NCBI GenBank assembly: GCA_003559765.1
Contig: PWKH01000184.1
Span: forward strand, 12,857-76,856
From: Spirochaetaceae bacterium
GTDB taxonomy: Bacteria > Spirochaetota > Spirochaetia > PWKH01
Direction of reading: 5' to 3'
Length of the DNA stretch: 64,000 bases
Below are positions 29,198 through 39,702 of this stretch, in pieces. The position numbers and the translations under genes were made by a program. The notes beneath the pieces are model-generated. The model saw only the letters and a list, made by a program, of their open reading frames with translations, was not told the DNA's origin and ran no database searches. Numbering within the stretch: the first letter of the stretch is position 1; each line of letters opens with the position of its first letter.

Positions 29198-30373
29198 TCA
29201 GCGGGACTTGTTCTGTTTTTTCTGTTCCCGGCGCTCCTCGCGCATGCGTTGGAAGCGCGCCTTGCGTCTGCGCTCCTCCTCCCGGATCTGGGCACGGTAG
29301 CGCTTGCCGCTGCTGATAAACACGGCGATCGGCCGCAGGCTTTTCACGTTGGTGCAGAATATCTGGACGATCGACATGATCGGCACGGCAAGAAACATCC
29401 CCATGATGCCCCAGATGTACCCCCAGAACGCCAGGGATACCAGGATGATGAAGGGAGAAAGATTGAGCTGATTTCCCTGGAACCGCGGATCCAGGATATT
29501 TCCCATCACCAGCTGGATCATGCTCATGATCAAGGCTACGTAGATAATCCGGGCGAAGTCGGGAAAAAACTGGAGGAAGGACATGCCCACCACCAGGAAG
29601 GTGATGATAATCGAACCGATGTTGGGGATAAAGTTGAACAGCACCGCCAGCACCCCCCAGATTATCGCGAAATCAAGACCGACTGCCAGGGAACCGAGAT
29701 AGAAGAGCACACCGGTGACCAGACTGATGATTGATTTCACCACCAGATAGCGGGAGATCTGCCGGTTGATCCGTTCGAACATGATGGCCACCCGCATCCC
29801 GCTTCGGCTCGGCAGGGCAACCTTGAATTTCGGAATCAGGGACTGCCGTTCAAGCAGCAGAAAGAGCACAAAGATGAAAATCAGCACCGACATGGATATG
29901 AAGTTTACCAGTGATCCGGAGACCGAAGTCACCAGGTTGATAAAAATGGACCGCCAGTCAAGCATCTCCGAAAGCCCCGTTCCCGGTGTGAGGCCCAAGG
30001 CCGGCCCGATGGTCTCCCCCAGACCTCCGAAGATATCATCAAACCGGGTGAAGTATTTCGGCACCTGGTTCACGAAGGAGTTGATGGTGACCGACAGGAA
30101 GAAAAACAGCAGCACGAAAAAGAATATCAGAATCAGAATAGCAAACAGGATCGCAAGCCACCGGGGAACCCGGTGCTGCTCCATTTTATTGACCATGGGA
30201 TTAAGGATGAGGAACAGAAAAAAGGATATGGCAAGTGGAAGGGTAATGCTGCTGGCCGCTTTGAGCACAAAGGAAATCAGCACAAACAGCGCTATGCTGA
30301 CGGCAATACGTTTCGTACGGTCAGTTTTTTCCGCATCTGATGTTTCACCAATCATGGGTTCAATATAATTCAC
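29198..30373 (-). CDS. AI-2E family transporter (UPF0118)
   Basis: Eight predicted TM helices; typical AI-2E pattern and Lys/Arg-rich C-terminal tail. Confidence 0.8.
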   Translation of the reverse strand: MNYIEPMIGETSDAEKTDRTKRIAVSIALFVLISFVLKAASSITLPLAISFFLFLILNPMVNKMEQHRVPRWLAILFAILILIFFFVLLFFFLSVTINSFVNQVPKYFTRFDDIFGGLGETIGPALGLTPGTGLSEMLDWRSIFINLVTSVSGSLVNFISMSVLIFIFVLFLLLERQSLIPKFKVALPSRSGMRVAIMFERINRQISRYLVVKSIISLVTGVLFYLGSLAVGLDFAIIWGVLAVLFNFIPNIGSIIITFLVVGMSFLQFFPDFARIIYVALIMSMIQLVMGNILDPRFQGNQLNLSPFIILVSLAFWGYIWGIMGMFLAVPIMSIVQIFCTNVKSLRPIAVFISSGKRYRAQIREEERRRKARFQRMREERREQKKQNKSR

Positions 30374-30405
30374 CTTTGCTAAAGTGGCAATACACGATAT
30401 ACTGC

Positions 30406-31140
30406 ATGACCATGATAACCGAAGATAATCAGCTCAACCGAGTCCAGATCGTACTGGTGGAGCCTCAGGACGGGGCAAACATCGGCTCGGTGTGCCGGGC
30501 GATGAAGACCATGGGGTTCTCCAACCTCTGCATTACCGGAGACAGAGAATATGACCGGCAGCGCATCCGCACCCTCGCCATCCATGCCTACGACGTGTAT
30601 GAACATCACCGCAGAACTGCCGACCTGCAGTAGGCGCTGGCCGGAGGCATATTCAGCGTCGGATCGACCCGCAGACGGGGAAAGTTCCGAAAATACTTCT
30701 CTTTCCTCCCGGAGCAGCTTGCTGAACACGTCAGCACCCTCGGAGAGGGAACCGTCTCGGTGGTCTTCGGCCGGGAGTCAGACGGACTGACCGACGAAGA
30801 ACTCAATCTCTGTGACGCCGCAGTCCGCATCCCCGCCAATGACCAGTTCCCCAGTCTGAATCTTGCCCAGGCAGTCCAGGTGCTCACCTACGCGCTCCGG
30901 TGCGGCCTGAAGCCCTCCGCCGGATACAGCACCGTCACCAGGAAGGAACTTGACGGACTGGTCACGGTGCTGATGGAAGGCTTTGAGGAGATCGGATTCT
31001 TCAAGCTTGATGAACGGGAGGAAGTGCACCGGTTCTACCGGGACATTTTTGCCCGGTCAGGCCTGAGCAGGCGGGAGAGCGAACGGCTGAGAAAGATGTT
31101 TGTTAAAATACCGAGACTGAAGCACAGAGAGGAGAAGTAA
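30406..31140 (+). pseudogene. trmJ: tRNA (cytidine/uridine-2'-O)-methyltransferase TrmJ (SpoU/TrmH class) interrupted by a single in-frame TAG at 30631-30633
   Basis: N-terminal part RVQIVLVEPQDGANIGSVCRAMKTMG and downstream ALAGG..VGSTRRRG...VVFGRESDGLTDEEL...SLNLAQAVQVLTYAL are in the same frame, separated only by TAG; collinear with E. coli TrmJ with no length change. Confidence 0.6.
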
Positions 31141-31144
31141 GGCT

Positions 31145-32065
31145 ATGCATGCGAAATTTTCCAACGGAAAAACTGCCGAATACATACACCGCATCATTGA
31201 AAGCTATGACGAGACATCGGGGACCAACTTCATCGATGTGAAGCAGCTTCCCGACAAGAAGGGAATCCGTACGGTCCTGGAGCATCTCCAGGAGATTCTC
31301 TTCCCGGGATATTCAGGGGAGCGCGAGATCACCCGGGAGAATATGCTCTACGTGATCGGCGACCTGGTTACCCAGACAGTCTGGGAGCTCAAGGAGCAGA
31401 TCCTCCACGCCTACCGGCATGAATGCCCCCTGCAGGACTGCAGCGACCCGACCTGCAAAGAGCAGACTGATCAGGCGGTGGACACCCTGTTCAGCAGCCT
31501 TCCGGAAATCCGGGAGATTCTGAAGACCGATGTCAAGGCGGCCTTTGACGGGGACCCTGCGGCAAAGTCAGAGGAGGAAATCGTTATCTGCTATCCCGGC
31601 CTCAGGGCCCTGACGATTCATCGGATCTCCCACATTCTCTACCGGCTGAAGGTTCCCCTGATTCCCAGAATGATGAATGAGATCGCCCACAGCGAAACCG
31701 GCATCGATATTCATCCGGGGGCTTCCATCGGCGAGGGACTGCTCATTGATCATGGAACCGGCGTGGTCATCGGCGAGACCACAGTCATCGGGCAGGATGT
31801 GAAAATCTACCAGGGTGTCACCCTGGGTGCTCTGAGCTTTCCCAAGGATTCCTGCGGAAACCTGATCAAGGGGCAGAAGCGTCATCCCACCATCGGCGAC
31901 CGGGTGACCATCTACGCCCACGCCACCATCCTCGGGGACATCACCATCGGAGATGATTCACTCATCGGCAGCAATTCATGGCTGAAGGAGGACGTGCCCG
32001 CCAGGACCCTGGTGGCCATGGAGGACCCGAAAACATCCTTCCGCTCCCTGAAGAAGCGGAGCTAA
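31145..32065 (+). CDS. cysE: Serine O-acetyltransferase
   Basis: Hexapeptide repeat DIHPGASIGEGLLIDHGTGVVIGETTVIG and N-terminal SATase domain. Confidence 0.9.
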   Translation: MHAKFSNGKTAEYIHRIIESYDETSGTNFIDVKQLPDKKGIRTVLEHLQEILFPGYSGEREITRENMLYVIGDLVTQTVWELKEQILHAYRHECPLQDCSDPTCKEQTDQAVDTLFSSLPEIREILKTDVKAAFDGDPAAKSEEEIVICYPGLRALTIHRISHILYRLKVPLIPRMMNEIAHSETGIDIHPGASIGEGLLIDHGTGVVIGETTVIGQDVKIYQGVTLGALSFPKDSCGNLIKGQKRHPTIGDRVTIYAHATILGDITIGDDSLIGSNSWLKEDVPARTLVAMEDPKTSFRSLKKRS

Positions 32066-33411
32066 CTGGAGACCGACAGCCGGGAGATGAGCAGCGAGGG
32101 AGCAGAAAATCTTCTGAAGGTGTCATCCCGGCGGTCGCATCCGCGGGCTGTGATGCCTGAAAGCAGCTCAAAGAGATTTCCCGCAACGGTGCACTGTCCC
32201 AGAGGCTTTCCCTGTCTGCCCCGATGAACCACGAATCCCCGGGCGGAAAGGGAGAAGCTTCCCGTCACCGGATCAAGCCCTGCATGAAGCCCGTCAAGCT
32301 CGGTTATATATACCCCTTCCCGGCAGGAATCCAGCAGCTCTTCAGGCTCAGCCTCGCCGTTGGCCAGACAGGGTGCATGGAGACCGGTGGACACCGCTCC
32401 CCGGTATCCTCCTCTCAGACTGTGCCCCGTCGGTGCAGTCTTCTCCCGGCAGGCGGCGGAAACCGAATAAGCAAGTCCGGTGACTGTCCCCTCCCGGATG
32501 AACATCTGCTTCGCTGACGGAACCCCTTCATCGTCAAACATCCGGGCAAAGGGGGTGTTCCCCCGGGGATTGTCGTAGATGGTCACTTCCCGGGAGGCAG
32601 CCTGCTTCCCCGGCGCAAAGCGGGACTGGCCCTTCAAGGCGTTTTCCGCATACAGGTGGGAATGGGGCGAAAGAAAGAACGCCCCGAGCAGCTTGGAGGC
32701 GGCCTCCTGAGAGAGCACCGCCGGATAGCTCCCCGACTCAACGGGTTTGGGATTCATCTTCTCCAGCACCCCCAGGACCGCCTCCTGAGCGAGTCTGAGG
32801 GGGGACAGGGCGAAAAAGGATTCGGAGGCGGCGTTCACCGTAAAGGTATGGGTCTGACGGCCCTTTTTTGCGGTCACCTGCAGCACCGCCCCGCAGAAGG
32901 ATGCGGCTTCACTTTTTTTCAGACCGCTGGTGGTCACCACCGTCACAGTTCTGTGGTATTCCGCATACTTCGCCTGGGGAACAGTAATGATCTTCTTATC
33001 CAATGCCCGGGCTGCCCGCTCGAGCTTCCTGGTGAAATCCTGCTTCTGTTCCAGGGGTGTTTCCGCCATATCCCGGCGGTACCGGGAGCTGTCGAAAAGC
33101 TCCCCCGTCCCCGGATAGATCACCGCCCCTTCATCAGGAGGAAAAAAGCCGCACTGTCCGAGGGCACTGCTGAGGGCGGAATCGACTGCATCCGGGGCAA
33201 CCCGCTCGCTGAAGAAGCTTCCCATCCGCCGGTCCCGGAGGGTCCTCACGGCGAATCCCTCCCGTTCCGCCCGGGTGCACCCGGTGATTTCCTCCTCAAA
33301 ACAGGTGATATCCAGCTGTCTGACCCGCTGATGAAACACCTCCGCTGATTCCGCCTGTGATGCGCCGAGACGCTGTTCGAACATCTGCGCCAGTTCCCGT
33401 TCTCCGGTCAT
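32062..33411 (-). CDS. pmbA: TldD/PmbA family metalloprotease (PmbA-like)
   Basis: PmbA_TldD family C-terminal pattern; paired with tldD with a 4-nt overlap; start at internal ATG. Confidence 0.75.
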   Translation of the reverse strand: MTGERELAQMFEQRLGASQAESAEVFHQRVRQLDITCFEEEITGCTRAEREGFAVRTLRDRRMGSFFSERVAPDAVDSALSSALGQCGFFPPDEGAVIYPGTGELFDSSRYRRDMAETPLEQKQDFTRKLERAARALDKKIITVPQAKYAEYHRTVTVVTTSGLKKSEAASFCGAVLQVTAKKGRQTHTFTVNAASESFFALSPLRLAQEAVLGVLEKMNPKPVESGSYPAVLSQEAASKLLGAFFLSPHSHLYAENALKGQSRFAPGKQAASREVTIYDNPRGNTPFARMFDDEGVPSAKQMFIREGTVTGLAYSVSAACREKTAPTGHSLRGGYRGAVSTGLHAPCLANGEAEPEELLDSCREGVYITELDGLHAGLDPVTGSFSLSARGFVVHRGRQGKPLGQCTVAGNLFELLSGITARGCDRRDDTFRRFSAPSLLISRLSVSS

Positions 33412-34793
33412 GTGCGTCCTCCTACCAGCAGCTGTGATACCAGGACTGCAGGCTGGCCCACCCCTGCAGGAACTGCCCCTGATACGGACCCGCACATGCC
33501 GGCTCCGATGGAGAGATCCTTTCCCACCATTTCGATTTTTTTCAGCACGTCCGGCCCCTTTCCGATCAGGGAGGCGCCCTTGACCGGCCGGGTGATTTTC
33601 CCATGCTCGATCAGATAGGCCTCGTTTACTGCGAAGTTGAATTCCCCGGTGGAAGGGTGAACCGAACCGCCTCCCATTTTCCGGCAGTACAGCCCGTAGT
33701 CGATCCCTGATACCATCTGATCGAAGGTGCTTTTCCCCGCTTCAATGAAGGTATTGCTCATCCTGGAGGCCGGGGGATAGGCATAGAACTCCCTTCTGCC
33801 GCTGCCGGTGAGGGGATGATCCAGCTTCCGGGCGCCGATTCTGTCTGTCAGGAACGAGACAAGCTTACCCCGGCGGATCAGCTGAGTTCTCTCTGCCGGC
33901 ACCCCTTCATCATCCACATGGTAGGATCCCCATTCGTTAGGCAGGGTGGCATCATTGCTGGCGGAGATCTTTGCCGATGCGATCCGTTTTCCCATCCGGT
34001 CATGGAACTGGGAGGCCTGCTTGGCTACATTGGCAGACTCCAGGGCATGTCCGCAGGCTTCATGAAATATGACGCCGCCGAATTCATTTGCCAGGACGAC
34101 CGGCATCACTCCCTGGGGAGGATAATCCGCATCAAGGAGCAGACAGGCGCTTTCTGCTGCCTTCAGAGCAGTAAACTCCGGAGGGAAGGAGTCGAAGAAC
34201 TCAAATCCCATGGCCTTTCCCGGGGCATAGCCGGAACGTTCCATCTGATCCCCCTTTCGGGCTATGCAGTTCACCGACAGACGAGTGCGCACCCGCCTGT
34301 CGGCGGCGTAGGTCCCGTCGGAGCAGGCAATAGTAACCCGCTGCTCAACGTCGGTCAGGGTGATCAGGGCATCCTGTATCTGCGCTGAGTACTCCCGGGC
34401 GGCCGTATCCGCCCTCCGGATGTATTCCAGCCGTTCGGCGATATCCGCAGCGGCAGGATCCCGTTCAATCCGATGCACCAGCTGGGGGGTGCAGTCCTCC
34501 AGAGAACGCAGCTGCACCTCCCTTCCCTCCCCGGATGCCCGGGAGGCCTCAGCGGCAAGAGAACGCAGAGCCGCTTCGGTGGGATTGGACCGGTAGACAT
34601 ATGCATAGCTGTCCCCGGTGATGACGCGGATTCCCGCCCCGCAGATTTCTCCGGCGTGGATGTCCCGGAGGGTTCCCGACTCCCAGCGCACCGAGGAGGA
34701 GTCAGTCTGTTCAATGAAGATATCAGCAAAATCGCCGCCTCCGGACAGGGAGGTTCGAAGCACTTCCTCAAGCAGTTCCCGGTCAAATTCCAC
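33408..34793 (-). CDS. tldD: TldD family metalloprotease
   Basis: HEACGHALE zinc-binding motif, GxC...GGG pattern; GTG start. Confidence 0.85.
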   Translation of the reverse strand: MEFDRELLEEVLRTSLSGGGDFADIFIEQTDSSSVRWESGTLRDIHAGEICGAGIRVITGDSYAYVYRSNPTEAALRSLAAEASRASGEGREVQLRSLEDCTPQLVHRIERDPAAADIAERLEYIRRADTAAREYSAQIQDALITLTDVEQRVTIACSDGTYAADRRVRTRLSVNCIARKGDQMERSGYAPGKAMGFEFFDSFPPEFTALKAAESACLLLDADYPPQGVMPVVLANEFGGVIFHEACGHALESANVAKQASQFHDRMGKRIASAKISASNDATLPNEWGSYHVDDEGVPAERTQLIRRGKLVSFLTDRIGARKLDHPLTGSGRREFYAYPPASRMSNTFIEAGKSTFDQMVSGIDYGLYCRKMGGGSVHPSTGEFNFAVNEAYLIEHGKITRPVKGASLIGKGPDVLKKIEMVGKDLSIGAGMCGSVSGAVPAGVGQPAVLVSQLLVGGRT

Positions 34794-34918
34794 AGCGTCT
34801 CTCCTTATTACTTCCGCAGTATACTCGATTCAGCCCGATCCTTCCAGAGGAATTCCCAAAATCAGAAGGAGCCGTCCGGGGGATTGCATTTTCCCGGCGC
34901 CGCCGCTAGAGTACGTCT

Positions 34919-35716
34919 ATGGTACATCCCTTCTTCTCGTCATCCCCCAGGGCCTTCGCCCATCGGGGAGACTCCCGGCATTACCCTGAAAACACCCTGC
35001 CGGCATTCCGCAGCGCCGCAGAAATGGGGGCCGACTGCATTGAAACCGATGTCCACCTCACCTCGGACGGTCAGATCGTCATCTGCCATGACGAAGCAAT
35101 CACCCAGGAAAAGGACTGCAGAAGGGTGATCGCCTCCCATACACTGAAAGAACTCAGAGACATGGATGCAGGTTACCATTTCACACCGGATGAAGGAAAA
35201 ACTTTTCCCTTTCGGGGCAGCGGCATCAAGGTGACTACCCTTGATGAAGCCCTGGAGGCGCTTCCCGATATGAAGTTCAATGTCGATTTGAAACCGAGGG
35301 ACCCGGAGCTGGTCCGCCGGTTTGCCGCCTGTCTGCAGCAGCACCGGGCGCTGGATCGGGTGCTGTGCGCCAGTTTCCATGATTCCAATCTCAGGATTTT
35401 TCGCGAACTGGTTCCCGACGGAGTGACCAGCTGCGGCAGATACGAAGCAGCAGGGGTTATTCTGCAGGCACATACAGGAACGCTCTTTCTCAAGCGCTCG
35501 ATGCCGGCAATGGCCCTGCAGGTGCCCCCAAGTTTTGGCATTCTGCCGGTCATTGAGCCGCCCCTGCTCCGGCGGTATCACCATGCAGGACTGTATGTGC
35601 ATGTATGGACCGTCAACAGCCGGGAGCGTATGGAGGAGCTCTTCGATATCGGCGTGGACGGGATTATGACCGACCAGCTTGATGTGCTGCTGGACGTGCT
35701 TGCTCAACGGGAATAG
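34919..35716 (+). CDS. ugpQ: Glycerophosphodiester phosphodiesterase
   Basis: FAHRGDS...ENT and E.DVHLT.DG GDPD catalytic motifs. Confidence 0.85.
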   Translation: MVHPFFSSSPRAFAHRGDSRHYPENTLPAFRSAAEMGADCIETDVHLTSDGQIVICHDEAITQEKDCRRVIASHTLKELRDMDAGYHFTPDEGKTFPFRGSGIKVTTLDEALEALPDMKFNVDLKPRDPELVRRFAACLQQHRALDRVLCASFHDSNLRIFRELVPDGVTSCGRYEAAGVILQAHTGTLFLKRSMPAMALQVPPSFGILPVIEPPLLRRYHHAGLYVHVWTVNSRERMEELFDIGVDGIMTDQLDVLLDVLAQRE

Positions 35717-37724
35717 CCAGCAGGGCCTTCAGAGTTTCTGCAGTCTGCACATAATGCTCCAGCCTTGATTTCATCTGCAGAATTGCCGGGTTTTCTTCCA
35801 GTGCTCCGTTAACCGCGTCAAAATCATCCCGCCGCACCTGTGCATCCGCGCCGGGATACGCGCCGTACCCGCTCATGGCGGCTTCGCCGAACTCCTTTCC
35901 GGCATCCTGAAACCGACGCACATACAGCGCCTGCTCAGCCTCCTGCCACCGGGAGAACAGCTTCCTGAGTTCTTCATGGCTGAATTCAGCCAAAGGTTTT
36001 CCATGAACTGATGCTATGTATGAGAGACACCAGGACAGTTCATCCTTCGGGAAACAGGATGCAGTTTCCTGAATCGCAGCGTTGATCTGATCCGAGGTGT
36101 TCAGCCTTCCGGATTCAATCTGGTCAATCAGGCTGGTGAGCCGAATCTCCGGAATAATCAGCCCGCCGAGATCCGTCCAGGGGCCTTTTCCGGGTTCCGC
36201 TTCATTTCCCTCCGGCGTTATGATGCTCAATCTCCGGTTAACAGAAAGCTCTCCGGTTTCTGCCAGCGCTTCCATGACGACGCCTCCGATATAGCTGCTG
36301 AGCAGCTGCTCATACAACCGGATTCCCTCACGGCGGTCTTTTTCATTGATTACAAAGGTGTCGAAGTCATAGCTCTGCTTGATGCCCTGTTCTTCAAGGC
36401 TTTTCAGAAACTCCGCTCCCTCGGTCAGCGCCTCCATGGTCATGGGATTGAGGAGGTTGAAGTTCAGGCTGTCACGGATCACCGCGCCCTTTCTGACATC
36501 CCGGTTTTTCCACTTTTCCATGTCCCTGACCATGCCGATGGTGGCGATATTTCTTCCCGGATAAAGGACGCTGCGCTGCTGGATCTCAACGAGGTACGAA
36601 AAGGGGAACCGATGCAGATCACAGGGAGTCACATGCTCCCCCATAATGACCGTGGCCGCACCGATTCGCTTCGGCCAGCGCAAATAGACATTTGAGGAGG
36701 TCTTGCATCCCCGCTCCATCAGCCCCTGGCTGTTGGGCCCCAGCTTGTACATGTGGTTGCTCATGTTCGTACCGCTGCCGGCATTGAAAAAAGACAGTGC
36801 GCAGGCGATCAGCAGAGTTCCCTTATGGTGGCTCACCGAAAAGGGGCCTGCGAATACCGATGCGATTTCCCCGTGTCCGAATTCAGAACCGGCAAAGGCC
36901 GCCGAATCCACCGAGGAGAACTGCTTCTCAATTTTCACCGACTGTCCGATAAAGGAGTGCTCCAGACTGGATCCGTATCCGACTGAGGAGCCCTCCTGGA
37001 TAATAAAGTGCTTCGCGTATACGTTCACCCCCAGCGTGACGGGCATGTCCTTGCTGCTTAAAATCGTTCCGTCTATCAGGGCGGAGGAACCGTCAATGCT
37101 GCTGTAGGGGCCGATATTCACATTCCTGACAATCTTCGTGTGACGAAGCGAGGCAAAGGCGCCGATTTTTCCGGGAACCTGGGAGACCTCCTCAGCTCTT
37201 TGATGTGCCATGTCCTGCAGGGCAGCTACCAGTTTCGGGCGGTGACGGAACGTGGTCTGGAGATATGCAGTATGGGAATTCATGGAGTCGAATATCCGTA
37301 TCATCCGGCCGCCGTTTTCATTGACCGTCTTCACCCCGACTCCGTTTCCGAAGGTACAGCCGTTTTCGGTAATCAGCTCGCCTACATGGTCAATCACTGC
37401 GTGATGCTCAATATGGTATCCGCTGATGCGGCTGCCGATTTTATAGATGAATACATCATCCTCAACCGTGACTGTATCAAGGATTGCATGATGGATTCCT
37501 GAGTCGATATACCCGGTGTTCGGTACGTACACCCTGCCGGTCAGCGCTCCGAGAAAATTCTCTCCCTTGAATGCGACATGGGTCAGCCTGTGGGGATTGA
37601 ACTGGGCCACCACCCGGATCTTTTCCCAGGACTCAGCCCGGCATCCGTTTGTTTCCAGCAGCAGAATTTCCTTTTCGGTCAGTCTGCGGTATGTTCTCTT
37701 GGGTCTGGAGTCTGTATGCCTCAT
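35664..37724 (-). CDS. Large hexapeptide/beta-helix-like hypothetical protein (DUF4954-like)
   Basis: 686 aa with repeated I/V-G-x-x-x-x hexapeptide-like segments; family assignment from memory only; converges on and overlaps ugpQ 3' end by 52 nt. Confidence 0.45.
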   Translation of the reverse strand: MRHTDSRPKRTYRRLTEKEILLLETNGCRAESWEKIRVVAQFNPHRLTHVAFKGENFLGALTGRVYVPNTGYIDSGIHHAILDTVTVEDDVFIYKIGSRISGYHIEHHAVIDHVGELITENGCTFGNGVGVKTVNENGGRMIRIFDSMNSHTAYLQTTFRHRPKLVAALQDMAHQRAEEVSQVPGKIGAFASLRHTKIVRNVNIGPYSSIDGSSALIDGTILSSKDMPVTLGVNVYAKHFIIQEGSSVGYGSSLEHSFIGQSVKIEKQFSSVDSAAFAGSEFGHGEIASVFAGPFSVSHHKGTLLIACALSFFNAGSGTNMSNHMYKLGPNSQGLMERGCKTSSNVYLRWPKRIGAATVIMGEHVTPCDLHRFPFSYLVEIQQRSVLYPGRNIATIGMVRDMEKWKNRDVRKGAVIRDSLNFNLLNPMTMEALTEGAEFLKSLEEQGIKQSYDFDTFVINEKDRREGIRLYEQLLSSYIGGVVMEALAETGELSVNRRLSIITPEGNEAEPGKGPWTDLGGLIIPEIRLTSLIDQIESGRLNTSDQINAAIQETASCFPKDELSWCLSYIASVHGKPLAEFSHEELRKLFSRWQEAEQALYVRRFQDAGKEFGEAAMSGYGAYPGADAQVRRDDFDAVNGALEENPAILQMKSRLEHYVQTAETLKALLAIPVEQARPAAHQAGRS

Positions 37725-37919
37725 ATGCGTTATTATATCGGAGAGCCCGCAGATGAAAAGGGCAAACCGTCACATTTTTCCGGTTTTTTCTCATCAGGCT
37801 GCTGCGGGTATGTTTTCACGATACAAACACCCTGCACCTGAAACCGATCTGCCGGTCGCAGCTTTCCTTCAAACCCAGGGATTGATAAAATAAAGTTCAA
37901 AAAGGTTCACTCTTTTGTG

Positions 37920-37948
37920 TTGACAGACTATAGTTGCCGTAATATGGT
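37920..37948 (+). promoter_or_regulatory. Candidate promoter TTGACA-17-TATGGT in long ugpB upstream region
   Basis: Consensus -35; would give a leader of about 330 nt containing an inverted repeat and a G9 tract. Confidence 0.25.
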
Positions 37949-38286
37949 ACATATATGAACATTAAAAACAAAAAACATTCATAGCAATGCTAAGGGGTGT
38001 CAGCCGGCAACAGTGAAGACGGAGCTTTTTTTGAACATCCTGTTCAATTTAAAGGCTGGACTGCCGGAAAAACCCGTGATAGCCTGGAATTTTTGGGGGG
38101 GGGAGTGATGATTCGCCGTCGGTTTGTCGCCGACATCTCAATTTATTCCGTATTGATGCAGCTGAAGCAGCCGGGCATGCATGGACACAGCCAGTGCAGC
38201 GGCCCTTCTGATGAACACCCGAGGTGCGTGCAGATTTGGCCGGATAGACCGGTCATAAATTATTTACTATTTTAAGGAGGTGCAAT

Positions 38287-39627
38287 ATGCAGAAGCTATT
38301 GCTCGCAGTTGGATTCATGTTACTGGTTCCCGGACTGATCTTCGCAGCCGGAGCACAGGAGGCGGAACCGGAGTATCCAGTCGAAATTGAAATGTGGATC
38401 GGTCTTGGAGGGGAACTCGGTGAACGCATCGAGGACATGGCCGGCGATTTCAATGCGATGCAGGATGAGTTTGTAGTCAGCATTGTGGAGGTCGGCGACT
38501 ACGAAGAAGCCATGACCAGCGCTATTACCGCCTTCCGCGCCGGAAACCAGCCGCATATCATACAGGTGTATGAAGTCGGTACCGGTACGTTCATGGGCAA
38601 CCCCGAAGTTATTTATCCGGTGTATCAGCTGATGGAGGACATGGGACGGCCCTTTGATACAGATGACTATTTAGAGCAGGTTACCGGCTACTATTCCGAT
38701 CTTGAAGGAAACATGATCTCCTTCCCCTTCAACAGTTCAACTCCGATTTTCTACTACAACGCAGAAGCATTTGAGGAAGCAGGTCTTGATCCGAATGACC
38801 CGCCGCAGACCTGGCCGGAAGTTGAAGAATATGCCCGGGTTCTGATGGATACCGGAAACTATTCCGCCGGATTCACCTTCCAGTGGCCTTCCTGGACACA
38901 GATAGAAACCTTTTCCGCTTGGCACGACGTTCCCCTGGGCACCCAGGCAAACGGCATGCTCGGATGGGATGCTGAACTGGTATTCAACGACGACGTCCGA
39001 ATTCGACATATTCAGACCCTTGCTGACTGGGCTCAGGAGGGACTGTTCGAATACGGCGGCCGGCGCGGTGATGCAGGTCCTCTGTTCACCTCCGGTGACG
39101 TGCCCATGTACATCGCTTCCTCCGCAGCCTACGCAGGTGTTGCGGCAACTGCTGGTTTCGACTTCAAGGCTTCCTTCCTGCCCTACTGGCCCGATGTGGA
39201 CGGAGCTCCCCAGAACTCAATTATCGGCGGCGGATCTCTGTGGGTAATGGACGGCCACACCGATGCCGAATACGACGGAGTTTCGGCATTCTTCGAATAT
39301 CTCTCTTCTGCTGAAGTTCAGGCTGAATGGCATCAGTTCAGCGGCTATCTGCCGATCACCTATGACGCTTGGGAACTGTCAAGAGAACAGGGGTTCTACG
39401 ATCGGGTTCCCATCCACAATACCGCAATTGAACAGATCACCCTGAATCCGCCGACAGACAACTCCCGGGGACTTCGCTTCGGCATGTTCCCGCAGGTTCG
39501 GAACGTGATCCTTGACGGAATGGAAGCCGCCTTTGCCGGCGATATGTCCGCAGAGGATGCGCTGAACCAGGCGGTTGAACGCGGCAATGCCCTGCTGAGG
39601 GAATTTGAGCGGACCGTAGCCCGGTAA
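38287..39627 (+). CDS. ugpB: sn-glycerol-3-phosphate/glycerophosphodiester ABC transporter substrate-binding protein
   Basis: Signal peptide, family-1 SBP pattern; RBS AAGGAGG; followed by ugpA and ugpE. Confidence 0.85.
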   Translation: MQKLLLAVGFMLLVPGLIFAAGAQEAEPEYPVEIEMWIGLGGELGERIEDMAGDFNAMQDEFVVSIVEVGDYEEAMTSAITAFRAGNQPHIIQVYEVGTGTFMGNPEVIYPVYQLMEDMGRPFDTDDYLEQVTGYYSDLEGNMISFPFNSSTPIFYYNAEAFEEAGLDPNDPPQTWPEVEEYARVLMDTGNYSAGFTFQWPSWTQIETFSAWHDVPLGTQANGMLGWDAELVFNDDVRIRHIQTLADWAQEGLFEYGGRRGDAGPLFTSGDVPMYIASSAAYAGVAATAGFDFKASFLPYWPDVDGAPQNSIIGGGSLWVMDGHTDAEYDGVSAFFEYLSSAEVQAEWHQFSGYLPITYDAWELSREQGFYDRVPIHNTAIEQITLNPPTDNSRGLRFGMFPQVRNVILDGMEAAFAGDMSAEDALNQAVERGNALLREFERTVAR

Positions 39628-39702
39628 GAACATCAATCCTATGCTTAATTCCGCCGGCCTGTCTGAAGCAGGCCGGCGAACCTTCAAGGAGGCTTGAGCT
39701 GC

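Noticed and set aside
30631-30633. Genome-wide TAG reassignment (e.g. pyrrolysine or code 15-like) to explain the in-frame TAG in trmJ
   Set aside because: At least three good genes in the window (folC at 565-567, apbE at 15880-15882, ORF ending 4783-4785) use TAG as their terminator with the next gene starting immediately after. Global recoding is therefore unlikely; only a local event or error remains plausible.
37997-38275. 92-aa ORF in the long ugpB upstream region (contains the G9 tract)
   Set aside because: No RBS, atypical composition and it overlaps putative promoter/operator elements, so it is more likely non-coding leader.
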